Source: the human T2T-CHM13v2.0 reference genome, Homo sapiens. From it: a stretch of DNA of 64,000 nucleotides. Positions 31,363 to 54,262 of this stretch are shown piece by piece. How positions within the stretch are numbered: the stretch's first letter is position 1; every line of letters starts with the position of its first letter. The notes beneath the pieces were generated by a model. The model saw nothing but the letters and a program-made list of their open reading frames with translations, was not told the origin of the DNA and did not search any database. Position numbers and translations under genes: made by a program. The stretch lies in assembly GCF_009914755.1 (NCBI RefSeq), contig NC_060926.1; one strand, 5' to 3'.

Positions 31363-32920
31363 TGTTGATGGGTGCAGCAAACCAACATGGCACATGTATA
31401 CCTATGTAACAAACCTGCACGTTGTGCACATGTACCCTAGAACTTAAAGTATAATAAAAATATAAAATAAAATAAAAAAGAAATAACAAAGATCAAAGCA
31501 GAAATAAATGGACTAGAGATTAGAAAAACAGTAGAAAAAACATCAGTGAAATTGATTTCTTGAAAAAAAAATGAAAATTGATGAACCCTTAGTTACACTA
31601 ACTAGAAAAAAAGAGAAAAGATTCAAATAAATTTATCAGAAATGAAAGAAGAGACATTACAACTGACAACACAGAAATACAAAGGATTATAAGAAACTCT
31701 AATTATATTGTCAACAAACTGAAAAATCTACAAAAAATACATAAACTCCTAGACCCATGCAACCTAAGGCTGAAACATGAAGACAAAGAACATCTGAACA
31801 AACCAATAACAAGTAAGGATATTGAATCAGTAATAAAAAGTCTCCCATTAAGGGAAACTAAGAACCAAATTACTACACTGCTGAATTCTAGCATGCATTT
31901 AAAATTGAACTAATAACACTTTTTCTCAAACTATTCCAAAAATTCAAAGGATGGAATATTTCCTAATGCATTTTACAAGGCCAGCATTATGGTGATTCCA
32001 AAGCCAAAAAAAACAAAACACTTTCAGAAAAGAAAATTACAGGTCAATGTCCCTGAGGAACATATATACAAATATCCTCAACAAAATACTAACAAATTGA
32101 AGCCAATAGCTCATTAAAATGATTATTCACCATGATCAAGTGGGATTTATCACTGTGAGGCAAAAATGTTTCAACATAAAAATGTGGAACACCACATTTC
32201 AAAAGTGGATAATAAAAATAATATTATCATCTCAATAGATGTATACAGCACGTTTGACAACATTCAATATGCTTTCATGATTAAAAAAAACTTTCAACAG
32301 ATAAGGCATAGAGGAATGCACATTAACATAATAAAGGCCATATATTGCAAACCTATAGCTAACATCATTCTCAACAATGAAAAGTTGAAAGCTTTTCCTC
32401 TAAGATAAGGGAAAAGACCAAGAATTCTTACTCTCACCACTTCAACATAGTACTAGAAAATGTAGCCAGAGCAATCAGACAAGAGGAAAAAATGGAAGGC
32501 ATCCTAATAAGAAAGGAAGAAGTTAAAATGTCTATATTTGCTAGTGACATAATCATATACATACAAAACACTAAAGACTACCTGAAACTCTTAGAACTGA
32601 TAAATGAAGTCAGTAAATGCAGGCCCCAGAACCAATGTACAAAATTAGTATCATTTCTATACACTAGTAATAAACAATATAAAAAGAAAGTAAGAAAATC
32701 TCATTTACAATTAGAAAATTAAATATTTAGGTGTAATTTTAACCAAGGAGGTAAAAGACCTGTATACTGAAAGTTGTAATACACTGATGAAAGAAAAATG
32801 AAGAAAACATAAATAAATTGAAATGTATCCCATGTTTATGGATTAGAAAAATCAAAATCTTGAAAATGTCCATACTTCCCAAAGCAAACCACAGTCAATG
32901 CAATTGCTATCAAAATTCCA

Positions 32921-33175
32921 GGTGGGCGTGGTGGCTCATGCCTGTAATCTCAGCACTTTGGGAGGCCAAGGCAGGTGGATTGCCTGAGCTCGGGAGTTTG
33001 CAACCAGCCTGGGCAACACGATGAAACCCTGTCTCTACTAAAATACAAAAATGTAGCCAGTGTGCGCCCATAGTCCCAGCTACTTTGGAGGCAGAAATTG
33101 CAGTGAGCCGAGATTGTGCCACTGCACTCCAGCCTGGGCAACAGAGCGAGACTCCATCTCAAACAAACAAACAAA
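32921..33175 (+). mobile_element. AluS with a short right-arm deletion
   Basis: ggtgggcgtggtggctcatgcctgtaatc...gagactccatctc(aaac)n; attcca on both flanks. Confidence 0.92.
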
Positions 33176-36077
33176 AGATTCCAATGTCATTTTTCACAGA
33201 AAACAAAATATATTCTGAAATTTATATGAAACAAAAAAAAACCCTGAATAACCAAACTTAACAAAAATAACAAAAATGGAGGCATCACATCCTTAGTTTT
33301 CAAGTCATATTGTAAAGTGAATATAATCAAAACATCATTGTACTGGCATTTAAAAAGACACATAGACCAACAGAACAAGATAGAAATCCCAGAAATAAAC
33401 ACATGCATTTGTAGTCAATTCACTTTTTATAAAATTGCCGAGAACACACAATGGGACAAGGACGGTCTCTTCAATAAACAACGTTGGGAAAACTGAATAT
33501 CCACATGCAGAAGAATAATATTGGACATTTGTCTCACATTATATTTTAAAAAACTCAAAAGAGATTAAAAACTTAAATATAAAACCTGAAACTACTAGAA
33601 AAAAAACATAGGGGAAAATTTCACAACAGTAGTTTGGGCAACAACTTTTTAAACATAATTCCAAAACCACAAGCAACAAAAGTAAAAATAGACAAATAGG
33701 ATGACATCAAACTAAAAAGCATCTACATAGCAGAGGAAACAATTAACAACTCCCATTCTTCCATTTCTTCACTTTGTTGTGAAGCAATAACCCACAGAAT
33801 GGGAGAATGGAATAAGGAATTAATAACCAATGTATATAAGAAACTTATGTAACTCAATAGCAAGAAAACAAATAACCCAAGTAAAAAATGGACAACCGAC
33901 CTAAACAGATATTTCTCACAAGAAGACATACAAATGGCCAGGAGGTACATGAAAACATACTCAGCATCACTAATCATTAGAAAAATGCAAATTAAAACCA
34001 CAATAAGGTATCATCTAACACCTGTTAGAATGGTGATTATCAAATGGGCGTTTATTAACCAAAGGATATAAAATTTCAGTTAGGAGGAGTGAGTTTTTGA
34101 GATATATTGGAAGCATGGTTACTATAGCTAATAATAATGTATATTTCTAAATTGCTAAGACAGCAAATTTCAAATGTCTCACCACAAAAATGATAAGTGA
34201 GGTGACGGATGTGTTAATTAGCTTGATTTAATAATTTCACACTGTATACTTATATCAAAACTTCGCACCACACTCCACGAATATATACACATTATTTGTC
34301 AATTATTATTTGTTAATTTGTCAATTATGATTTGTCAATTAAAAAAATTTTAAAAAATCTTGGTTGATTACTATCCATATAATCATATCAAATCAATTTT
34401 AAAAATAGTACACTTAATCTTAATGTTAAAATTATACCCAATTTGTCTCTGTTATATTTCTAAAGAAGCTATGTAACAAAAAAGTTAAAACTTAACAAGT
34501 TAATTGGAAACCCTACCCAATCACCCATTAGCAGTTACTTAAGTTACTTATATATATTGGTTATTAATTCCATATTAACAACTTATGGAGTTGTTATTCA
34601 GATTGCTGTAAAACTGAAATAATAATCTCACCTAATTGATGAGATTTTCTGAGGATCAAATAAAATGAAATATATGATGGCATTTGGAAACTCCAAAGGC
34701 CAATAAAAATGTCCATTGTTTTTATTATTAGCATTACTATATTTAGTCTATAGACAGGCAGATGCTGACTGGAAAATAATTCTGGTAATAGTATTCCAAT
34801 GAACCAGTCTTTAGTGAGCAAAGGTATTTCCATCTTGTGAATGTCATTGTTGTGACTAATGTCTAGTATAATAGCAAGGATGCTGCCAAAAAAGCTGTGT
34901 GCTCTGAAGGGCAATCTCAGTACCCACTCTGCAAAGCATAGAGACTGCATCCCTCAGGATAACTCCACCCCAGATGTGCACAAAGTTAGGAAGCATATTT
35001 CATGACTATTATGGGGGAAAATGTTGTGATATGGTTTTATAATGTCTTTAGAAGAAAAACCTCAAAAAATGAATATTATCTGAAAATAGAAAACTCATTT
35101 GCTGTGAAATTAAATATCACACTCTTCATGTTGCAAAGCAGTAAATTGAAATTTTTCTCCATTGGAAATGAGAAAAATAGAGTGAGATTAACTGTGCTTT
35201 TAAAGTTTGAGTAAAACATGTAATTCTTTGTGACAAATCCTAGCAGAAATAACCTTTTTTAATCTAGATGGTTGTAAAAGGCCATATCTTTGTTTTCAGA
35301 GCTGTCTTGAGTGTGTCCCCTGATTTTGTGAAACAAATGCATAAAATCAGCTCCCTATTTCATTCTTCTCCTCAATCACTATGACTTTTTATCATTACGT
35401 CTGTCTCTCCCTTGACACATACTTCTCCTTTTCTGACTGTCCTGTACATTTAGACCACAGCTGCAAAAATAGATATCATCCAAGTATTTGTGCACTAAGT
35501 CCTCTAGCCATTAGACCCAGTAATCACCCTTCTCAAATAGACTGTTGAAATCATACACAAGGCTGCTTATTACTGTTTTCATCAGTCAGTGGCCACAGTG
35601 TAAGCCCACCTGGCCACCTTTCTGTTGTTCTGTCATCCCCAGTAATGCACTGTACCTCCTTGAACTCATCTGGCTCTCCACTCCTACCTTACTTCCCACA
35701 CTCTTCCCTTGTGTTCTCAGGAATTTCCACCAAAGAAGTTACATAAGCTGGCAAAGTTCATAAATGTACCAAATCACACAATAAAGATTTAAACTCAAAC
35801 TTTCTGATTCCAAAGCACCAGACTCTTAAACACAACTCATTGTAGTCTTCATGTACAGCAAATTCTCCAGTCTCCCAAACAACTTCTCAGAGCAATCCCT
35901 GTACCTATTCTCCTTCACTGGAACTTGGCTTTTGCCAAATATGTAACTTTTTCTTGCCTAGGGAGCTATTGTTCTCTCCCATCTCAGGTACAACAGTTCT
36001 CTTTTCTCCCCATTGCCTTTCCAGACAATTAAGCCTGCTCCTTTAAAATGCAGGCCATTCACTGATATGATCTATTT

Positions 36078-44441
<8,364 letters not shown>

Positions 44442-44729
44442 CACTGTTATAATCTATTTATACTTCTTACTACCATCATCTACAGGCTTGCTGAGGCCTG
44501 ATGAGAAACAGAAAGCTGAAGAATATAGCTATGGCTGCAAGAATATACTTAAATGGTCATAGGATGAACCCTTGGGTGATGATGAGGTGCCTCCAGACTG
44601 ACAGTATAAAAGACAGAGAAATGTGAATTCTGCGTTCTTCTATCCTAGCAGCTCTTCATTCTGCAAGTTGTGGATGCTACTATGCCTCTATCGTGGCTCC
44701 ATGAGCAACTAGGAAAACATCAAGATTCC

Positions 44730-46385
44730 CCAAAATCTCCTTCACACTCTCAATTTCAAATATTTTCTTTGCTAATTCAACAGAAACCAAAGTGAAAATA
44801 CCCTTAGCTAAATCCAAGGCTTCATTCTAGCCAATTTCAAACCCAAATCACCCACTGTGGATTGGCCTAGCTAGTCTACTAGCTCAGTGTCCCTCCTCAT
44901 GCAAGTCCTGACATCATCCTGGACCATTTGTGTCCCTATCATACAAAAAACATAGAAAACTCCCAAAAGTCTCAATTTCTTGACCTTTTTATCTCCAGTG
45001 ACCAACTCCTTCATCACTCCTCTAGCTCCTTTTTCTGCACACCATTACCAGAACAGTTGAGTGATGCCAGAAATAAGCAGATTTGTGATTTTATAAATTC
45101 ACATTGACCAACTTCAAATGAGCCCTTAAAATGCCACCCTGCTGGACAATACTGCTACCCTGCACTGGTGAACGCATATTCCTACTCTTCACAATGGTTA
45201 TAATGAACCTTTTCTAATTCCTTCAAATCCCTTCCCTCACTGCTTCACTCCACCTACCTGCTCACCCTCAAAAGATGACACAACCACCTACCCCATAAAG
45301 AAAAAAAAAGACCTGAGACAAAGACTTCCAGCTCCATCAGGTTGGTGCAAAAGTAATTGCTGTTTTTAACCATTACTTTGAATGGCAAATTAAAACTTCA
45401 ATACATCTACACTCCTCCTCTCAAAGATCAGCCCCTCTACCTATGCTTTGGATAGCATGTCCACTCTTTGTCTCAGGAACATCCTGCCATTGGTAATTTG
45501 TCTCTCTATTTCAGATATAATCACCATCTCACTCCAAACTAATCTTCTTCATCAACAGTTACATATCCTCAAGCCCAACCTAGCTCCTTCTTAAAGCTAC
45601 CTTTGGCTCCACATTTTACTCTCATATCACCCTGACTCTTTCCCCTTCAAAACCAAATTCCTTGAAGGAGTTTTCTATTCTTAACTTTCTCTGTTTCCTC
45701 ATTAGACACTCACTCCTGACTAACTTCCATAGAAATTTTAAGGGCTACACTGACTCCCATGTCACTAGAGTTCAATCTAACTGATGTTTTTCATAAATCA
45801 AATTACTATTACTTCACCTCCTCCAAAGTTTTATTCAATTATTCAAGTAATATTTAATGATCCCTTACAAGGTTCCTCCCACTATCCTAGGCCCTGCGAT
45901 ATATCAGTGAACAAAACAGAGCAAATTTCTGGCCTCCAGTATTTCAGCAGTATGGAGGAAGATAGACAATATACAAATAAAACAAAGAAATATATATTGT
46001 GTCATGAGAATGAAATATACTGAAGTGGGATAAATAGGTTAAAAAGAGCTCAGATTAGAGGGATATCATGCTACATTATATAAAACATGTGAGCACAGAC
46101 TTAAAGAAATTGAGAATTTCTGAAGGAATCAGGAGGAGAAATTTGAGCAGAAAGATGATATAATTTGAAATATTATAAAATGACATTCTGTCTGTTACTA
46201 GGAAGCCAATATGAAAGAAAATATTTCAGGGAGGAGAGAAGTATTTGGACCAGGATAAAGGGAATATAGTGAGAAGTGATCAGGTTCCTTGACATATTTC
46301 AAAAAAAAAAAAAAGCCCGCAGAATTTACTGATAGCAAATGCGTAAGAGATGGGAGAAGGAGAAAAAAGAGACAAGCACAACTCA
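44730..46385. mobile_element. L2 fragments in both orientations
   Basis: Pyrimidine-rich L2-like body, then an antisense L2 3' end (ttattcaattattcaagtaatattt...cagtgaacaaaacaga). Confidence 0.55.
45337..45389 (+). mobile_element. Partial MADE1 (Hsmar1-derived MITE)
   Basis: aggttggtgcaaaagtaattgctgttttt...ccattactttgaatggcaaa; right terminal inverted repeat missing. Confidence 0.85.
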
Positions 46386-46483
46386 AACCCGATCATTTCT
46401 CACTATGTTACTTTATCCTGGTCCAAATACTGATCTCCTTCCTGGAATATTTGCTTTCATATTGGCTTCCTAGTAGCAGACAG
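46188..46483. repeat. ~98-bp inverted repeat with a 99-bp spacer
   Basis: 46188-46286 is the reverse complement of 46386-46483, with about 10 mismatches and 1 gap. Confidence 0.95.
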
Positions 46484-47581
46484 CTTCATGACTAAAATAC
46501 CAACAGCAATGGCAACAAAAGCCAAAATAGACAAATGGGATCTAATTAAACTAAAGAACTTCTGTGCAGCAAAAGAAACTACCATCAAAGTGAACAGGCA
46601 ACCTACAGAATGGGAGAAAATTTTTGCAATCTACCCATTTGACAAAGGACTAATATCCCAGAATCTACAAAGAACTCAAACAAATTTACAAGAAAAAAAC
46701 AAACAACCCCATCAAAAACTGGGCAAAGGATATGAACAGACACTTCTCAAAAGAAGACATTTATGCAACCAATAGACACATGAAAAAATGCTCATCATCA
46801 CTGGTCACCAGAGAAATGCAAATCAAAACCACAATGAGATACTATCTCATGCCAATTAGAATGGCAATCATTAAAAAGTCAGGAAATAACAGATGCTGGA
46901 GAGGATGTGGAGAAATAGGAACGCTTTTACACTGTTGGGGGGAGTGTAAATTGGTTCAACCATTGTGGAAGACAGTGTGGCAATTCCTCAAGGATCTAGA
47001 ACTAGAATTACCATTTGGCCCAGCAATCCTTTACTGGGTATATGCCAATACTGGGTATATACCCAAGGGATTATAAATCATGCTACTATAAAGACACATG
47101 CACACGTATGTTTATTGCAGCACTATTCACAATAGCAAAGACTTGGAACCAACACAATGTCCATCAGTGACAGACTGGATAAAGAAAATGTGGCACATAT
47201 ACACCATGGGATACTATGCAGCCATAAAAAAGGATGAGTTCATGTCCTTTGCAGGGACATGGATGAAGCTGGAAACCATCATTCTCAGCAAACTATCACA
47301 AGGACAGAAAACCAAACACCGCATGTTCTCACTCATAGGTGGGAATTGAACAATGAGATCACTTGGACACAGGGCAGGAAAAATCACACACCGGAGCCTG
47401 CCAGTGGGTGGGGGGCTGGGGGAGGGATAGCATTAGGAGAAATACCTAATGTAAATGATGAGTTGATGGGTGCAGCAAACCAACATGGCACATGTATACC
47501 CGTGTATCAAACCTGCATGTTGTGTGCATGTACCCTAGAACTTAAAGTATAATATAAATAAGAATAAAAAAATTAATAAAA
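46484..47581 (+). mobile_element. 5'-truncated L1PA7-like element
   Basis: ORF2 C-terminus ([26 protein letters not shown]), 3' UTR and A-rich tail; no TSD seen. Confidence 0.93.
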
Positions 47582-49500
47582 GAAGTGCTACTTATTGAGA
47601 TGGGGAAAGTTGTAGGTGAAGTAGATTTCTTGAGGGGAGGTGAAATCAATTTTGGACAAGCAGGTTTATCACGTAGGCAGATCATTTATTAAATTGATTT
47701 AAAATCTGTATTTCACAAAGCCTGACTGGATATAAAGCCACAGGTGTTACCAGCATTTAATGGGGTTTAAAACTATGGGGCCAAAATGAGATTATATGGG
47801 GATTGAGTGTACCTAGAGAAAAGAGGAGTTCCCAGGACCCAGCCTCTGTGCATTCCAACATTTAAAGGTCAGGAAGACAAAGAATCTATGGAGCAGCAGC
47901 AGCCAGTAAGTGGGAGGAGAGCCAAAAGAGAGGTGAGAGCCACAGCTCAAGGGAGAAAGTGTTTCAGAAGGGCAAGTCAAATAAAATGAGAAGGAAGAAT
48001 TTATTTGGGTTTGTCTACATGAAGTCCTATGTAGCCTTGACAAGAGCAGGTTCAGAGTCCAAAGGAGTAACAGAGATAAAACCTGACTGGAGTAGATTCA
48101 AAATAGGAGTGAAGGAGGTAAAGTAAATTGTTTCTAATACTGAGAAGTATTACATCATATTTGTATGCTTATGGAAATCATCCAAGGGAGAGGGAAAAAT
48201 GATGATGGGTGCTTGCTTTAAAAGCAAGAGCCAAAGAAAGGGAATGGGATACAAGGTGGACAAGGAGGAGCTGGTTTTAGCTAGGGGGAGGGAGGGTTAA
48301 TCCATTTAACAGAACAAAAGGCATAATCCACAGGAAAACATTCAAGCGGGTTGGTCATCTTGGTAGTGGGAACATGTAAGGGTCTGTCCTTAATGGCTAC
48401 ATCCCTTTCACTCGGCTCTGTGCTGCATCCCCTCTGGTTCTCCTCTTATGTCTCTGGCAGCTACTCTGCCTCATTTATTTCCTTCCTATCTGAAGAACAG
48501 AGGCTCTGCACAGGGTCTTCTCTTCTGCTTTCATAATTTCTCCATTGGTGATATTACCTTAGCAATGTTTTCAATGCCACCTAAATACTTTTGACTCCCA
48601 AATTTATGTCTCCAGCCCTAACATCTCCTCTAAGCTTCAGGCCCATACACTTAATTAGTTTCTTGATATCTCCACTTAAATATCTCACAAGCATCTCAAA
48701 CCCAACATTTCAAAAATACAACAATCTCCTCCCCTAGAAACCCAGAACTCTTCCACAGAGTTTTAGGGAGCCATTCACTGAGTTCCAAAAAACCAGGAAC
48801 CTATGAATGAGTCATCCTTGACATTTCCTTTACACCTTACACTTAAACCACTGCCATTTTCTATATGTCTCTAAATATCTCTTGAAAGGAGCCCCCTGCT
48901 TCTCTCCATCTCCCCCATGCCCACCCAAGTCCAGGCCACCAACACCCATGCCCAGATGCCCAGTATTCACGCCTGCCTTGCTCTGATTAATTCTCCTCAC
49001 AGACAGCAAGGAGATATTTTCAAAATTCAAATCTAATCATATCCCCAGACTCATTTCTCCCATATCAAAACAATTCATCTAAAAAATTAGCCAATCTAAA
49101 AGCTTTAAAATAGCTTCAAGACCTGGCATGGTCTGGCCCTTCCTGACTCTGAGACATTCACACCCCTCCCCCACCTTCCCCTAACCCTCCACTTCATGGA
49201 CTGCTGCAGCCTTCTTCCTGACCCTCCAAAATCTCAGAACAGACATCTCTTCCTAGGGGAACCTTTCCTGATTCATTTTGGTCCCAAATTGCTCAAATGT
49301 TCTTCATGTACCTGCTCTCAGCAACCCATACCTCTCCTAGCATTTATCATAGTACTCTAATTTTACGTGTATTAAACTCTATGAGGGCAGAAACTTTGTC
49401 TTTCATTTTTTATTTTCCATTGTAGTATCCCCAGCATCCAGCACCTTTGTCACATGTAAGGAGTTTTCAATATTTCTATAAATATATGGATGATGGGTAG
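47582..49500. mobile_element. L2 fragments (orientation switches near 48400)
   Basis: tattgagatggggaa...; ttgactcccaaatttatgtctccagccc...; atgagggcaga...gtatccccagcatccagcac. Confidence 0.65.
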
Positions 49501-51369
49501 TTGTTCCAAAGATTCTAACAATTGATTAAAAAAAGGGGGAAGACACAGACACAAAAGTACAGTACCTAGAATGCACATAAAGGGTAAAACAATTTAGCCT
49601 CATCAAGACAGCCACACAGAGCTAGGCATACAGGGTATTCCCAGCCTGTAGCAAGATAATATTGTTCAAAACTTTAGCACTTTTAGTATTGTTGAGAATG
49701 GTTCAATCAAGGAAAATTTGCTGGGAGATGGAAACTCTGTGGGATAGTTCTTACTCTGCCACTAGCCAGCTGTGTAATTTTTAACAAGGAATTTCATCTC
49801 TCTGGCTCTTCACTCTCATCTCTGTGAAAGAAGAAGGCTGACCCGAGACAGTTTCCAGGTCAGAATACTACACCACTTGTCATCATTGACAAATAACTCG
49901 TGTAAGCAGAACAGTGATAAAGGAAAGGCCTCTGTCCTCTGAGAGGAGGTAGGTTTGAGCTGGACCATGAAGGAAAACATCAGATGTGTTAAGGGCAGAA
50001 AAGAAGCACATTCTAGAAGGAGTACAGGGTGAGAACACACATGGTATTTTGAGTGATAATTAGTAATATACTAAGCTTAAGAAAGACCCTCCATCCGCAC
50101 CTGCTCTATTCCTTGCTGCTGTGATGCCCAGAACCCTGTCAGCCCCTCCAGCTGGAAGCTCCTCTCGGCAACTCTCTCCTGGGGACCTCAGGCCACCCTG
50201 TTTGCAACAGCCTTGCTTCCATTCCCCACTGCAAACCTCCAGAAACATGAGAAGGCCAGGGCTACACATGGATCGTACATGTGTCAGTAACACTGACACA
50301 CGGCCATGCTGCACGGGAGCACAGACAGATAACAGAGCAATCTCGGTCTCCAGGGTCCCATGGAAAATGCCAGGAATTTGATTTCCATTCCTCCAACACA
50401 GAAGCCAGCCTGCACCTGGAGGCTCCACAGAGGCTGTTTAATAAGACGTTTGTTTACTTCCTTCCTGCTACCTCTGACAATATAATCCTTTCTGATTCTT
50501 TCCATGATTTGACTCTAAATGAAAAAGTATGATCTCACAGTTGGGGGGCAGGCAAGGAGCCTGTGACACCACTGGTAATCTGCCAGCACTCCAGCATTCA
50601 ATCTGCAGGGATGGAATGAAGGCAGAAAATAAGTCCCTGGCAAAAATAAGCACTCCTCTGTCTGGGGCAGATTGCAACCTTCCAGAGACAGTAGGGGTGG
50701 AGGGGGAGAATTAGGCGGGTACTTAATCTTACCCATTTTCCCTTTTAAAAAAATCTAAATGCCCACTTTAATAAATTACAGTTTTCAATGAGCTTGAGAT
50801 AATTTTAAAGCATCTTTTAAAAAAAATTTACAATTAAATGATTAGTCTATATCAAACCTAACTAGAGAAATTAAGTATAATTATGAACTTGGAGGACAAA
50901 TTCAAGGTCAAGAGTGGACAAGGAAAATGTATGGGAAGCCAGCGGATGGAGAAGGAGGATAAGCAGGAAGAAATAGGGTGTTCTTAGAAGGTTGTTCATT
51001 CTGTCTCTACATTCCTGACTGCATCAGCATTCCTCATAGAGTAGGAAAAGGGAGTTTACAGTGCTGGAAGGACACATGCCCACCCCCTTCCTACCCCACC
51101 CCACACTCTTTAGAATTCTGCAAGTGCAGACTTTTTGCTTGACTGAACTCCACTTGCTTCATTTCACTTCCCAGCCCGGCATGGACCAGCAAGTGTTATT
51201 TACCACATGATGTCACTGTTCTAATTATGGGGGATATATCAATCAACAAAACAAAGACGCTGCCTTCATAGACCCTCAATTCAAGGGGGGAAAGTTTGGA
51301 TAGTTAACAATAAATACATATGTTAGTACCGAACGACATGGTGTGTTCGAAGGTGTTAAGGGCTATGGA

Positions 51370-51504
51370 TAGGGTCACCAGAAAAATTGGTCCTCTAAAC
51401 TGGGCTATTTTGGGGAATAAAAGGAGGCTGTCTTGATAATTATACAGGAGCAGCAGGTAGGAACAGTAGGTCTCCTGGACAAATGGGGATGCAGGGCTAC
51501 ACTA
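51370..51504 (+). mobile_element. MER94-like hAT MITE within an L2 fragment
   Basis: tagggtcacca...ctggacaaatggggatgcagggctacacta, ~135 bp with degenerate inverted termini. Confidence 0.6.
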
Positions 51505-53744
51505 GCCTTGGGAAAGGGAGAAGGCGCACAGAGTGAGGAGGTTCTGAAATGTGGGGTAGGCAGAGAAATCTTTTGCAATTTTTAATAGAGTGCTTAGGAT
51601 ACACTTCTGGAGGAGGTGATGCCTTACCTATCTGAGCCCCAGTTCCCTCGACTGTAAAAGGAAGGGCTTAGCCTAAAATAGTTTCCGAGGTTAAACTCAG
51701 TTCTGACATTCTACAATCAATGCTCCCTCCAGGAGTGATGGGCCACACTCTTCTGTGGTCTGGTGTAAGAATGGAGAGAAGGGGGTGTTTGGAATTGTTG
51801 AGGAACTCGTCAGAAAAGCCTGACGATCACGCTCATGAGTTGCAAAAGCCACTGAATGTACGTCTTTACAATTGCACGGGAAAACATCATCCTGCGGTCC
51901 AGGCAGCTACGTACTGACTCACAAATCCATGTGATGCCCACAATTCTTAAGAGACAAGGTGTCACCCACTTCCATGGTGATTATTGTTCCTCAGGTTGAC
52001 CTGTTTGTCCTTGTCATGATGGTTTGTAAAGCCGTATTTTAAGAAGGGTTTGGGGGAGATATCAGAAGGGATGAAAAAAGTTCAAGGAGTTTGGAGGTAG
52101 TTCTCATATTGTGAGAAGAGGATATTCGATATTGAGCACAATCAGCTAGGTGTAACAGAAGAGCATCTAGATGAAAATGTCCAGTGACAGTGGACATGCA
52201 AGTGCTCAGGAAAGTGGCAAAAGTTCACTCAGTGCAAGGGGTAAGAGCACCAACTTCAAAGTCAGGCAAAACTGGGTTCTGATTAGCCACAATTGAACTT
52301 CTATAAGCCTCAATTTGCTTACTTGTTAAATGATGGCAATACCAATTTGACATGGATTCACTAAATAGGTATAAAATGCTTAACGTCGTATCCAGCATAT
52401 ACTAGTGTTCAGCATGTGGGAGCGAGGCAGCTGCTATTGTCTTACTTATTGAGCTGTTGGCTTAGAAGTGATAGTTGACACTGTAAGTGTGACTGGATTC
52501 AGGGAAAGAGAAGGCATAATGAAGAGCAGAGGATTTTTAGCAACCTTGGAAAACTCTTACATTTTGGAAGAGAAGAAAGCAGCAGCACAAGAGACGGAGA
52601 CAAGCACAGGGCAAGAGACTACAGTTGGCAGAAATGTAGGAAGATAATTTGGAGTAGTGATACTTCAGAGAAGGTGACAGGCATCTCAAATGCAGCAGAA
52701 AGAAAGAAAACCACTGTCAATCACCATTAACATGGGAAGTCTACCGGTAATGGAAAAGCTCGATAGATGGGACCATTCAAAAGAGAACTGATGAAAGCTA
52801 TTTTGAAAAGTAGATTAACTCAATAAGTTCATTTATTCAAGAGGAATGTTGGTAAAAGAGAAAAAGGATACTAGCTATAGTTGTAATTTCTGTGTTTAAA
52901 GGCAATGGTGAAGGAGAGATTAAATGGGCCAGAGAAAGAAGAGTTAATTTTGGGAGCTGAGATCTGTAAGACACTGGAAGGGATGCGGTCCAGGGCCTCA
53001 GCGGAGAAGTTACAATCTTCTCAGACTCTGTTTTTCTTGCCTGCTCTGCAAACATCTAGAAATGGAATTGTTTACCCCCACGATACCAGAGGAGGCCATG
53101 GGAACCTTGTAATCCTAGGGAATGTTTGTTTCCTGGATGAATGTAGCAATTATTCATTCTTCAGGAGACCTTACCCTTACGTGTGGATCCAGTTCTCAAG
53201 GTTCTTTGGAATCCTCCCAGACAGATTCAAGACAAAGAAAGGAATCCTCCAAACCTGCCCCTGGCATATCCCCATATTTGGAGCTTTCACTCTGGCCAAG
53301 TTGGTCTTTCTATCAGAGAACAAGTTTAGCATAAACTTGGACACCCCATGCCTTTGCCCAAATCCATCTCTTTGACTGGGATGCCCTGCTGACCTTGTGC
53401 CAAACAAAATCCTTCAAGACTTACTGGAATGTCACCTGCTCTGGCAGTTTTCCCCACATGTCCCAGCCTAGAGTCATCTCACTCCTCTGAATTTGTCCTT
53501 AGAATGTATTGTCTTGTATTGATAGTGATGTTTTCCCATGTGCAAGGCTAAAACTACACACAGCTAGGAAACTTTTGGGGCCACAGAAGGACAACCATTT
53601 CTGAAGGCTCTTAGAGAGAATATTAAAAGTTGTGTGGCCTCCTTGGTTCATTTAAGACTTTGTGCCTGAGCCTGGATAGAAGGGATACCCAAATGGATGT
53701 TCAGGTCTCAGTTAGATGTTGAAATATCTTCTTCATCAATAACT

Positions 53745-54262
53745 TCAGCAACTACTATGACTGTAAAGTAAATTATCCCCCAAATTTAGTGACCTAAACA
53801 ATAACAACATTTATTTTGCTGATCAATCTGCAAGTTGGGTCAGGCCTCATGGGAAAAGTTTGTCTCCAGTTCAGTCTGTGATAGCTGGGGTAGCTTGAAG
53901 GCCAGAGCTAGAATTGTCTTCTGAGAGCTCACATACTCACAGTTTGGTGTCTGGGCTACAGAGGTTCCAACAGCATGGGCTGGAAGAGCTTAGCCTCCTC
54001 AAGTGATTCTGTCTCACTGTGCTCTCTCCATGGGGTCTCTCCAGGCACCGGTGACTCAGCATTTAAGTCAGGGTGGTTGGACTTCTTACACATTGGCTCA
54101 GAAATCTCAAGGTGCACGTTCCAAGAATGAGTGAGCCAGGGCACAGAGGGAGGGAAAGACATCTGCATCTTGGTGATGAAGTTCAACATTGCATTGTGAG
54201 AAGAGCAAATGGGATGGAATAGATAGAAGGTGAAGATTTTTAGAAAATATTATCTGCCACAA
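53745..54262 (-). mobile_element. MLT1H-like solo LTR
   Basis: cccccaaatttagtgacctaaacaataacaacatttattttgct...gggtggttggacttcttaca...tatctgccaca. Confidence 0.7.

Noticed and set aside
51915-52010. Minus-strand donor gtgagt with a possible upstream exon
   Set aside because: The acceptor lacks a pyrimidine tract; the same bases also read as a lone AP-1 site (tgactca), which is uninformative alone.
52905-53375. 156-aa ORF in L2-adjacent sequence
   Set aside because: No domain resemblance, partly repeat-derived, and no exon structure.
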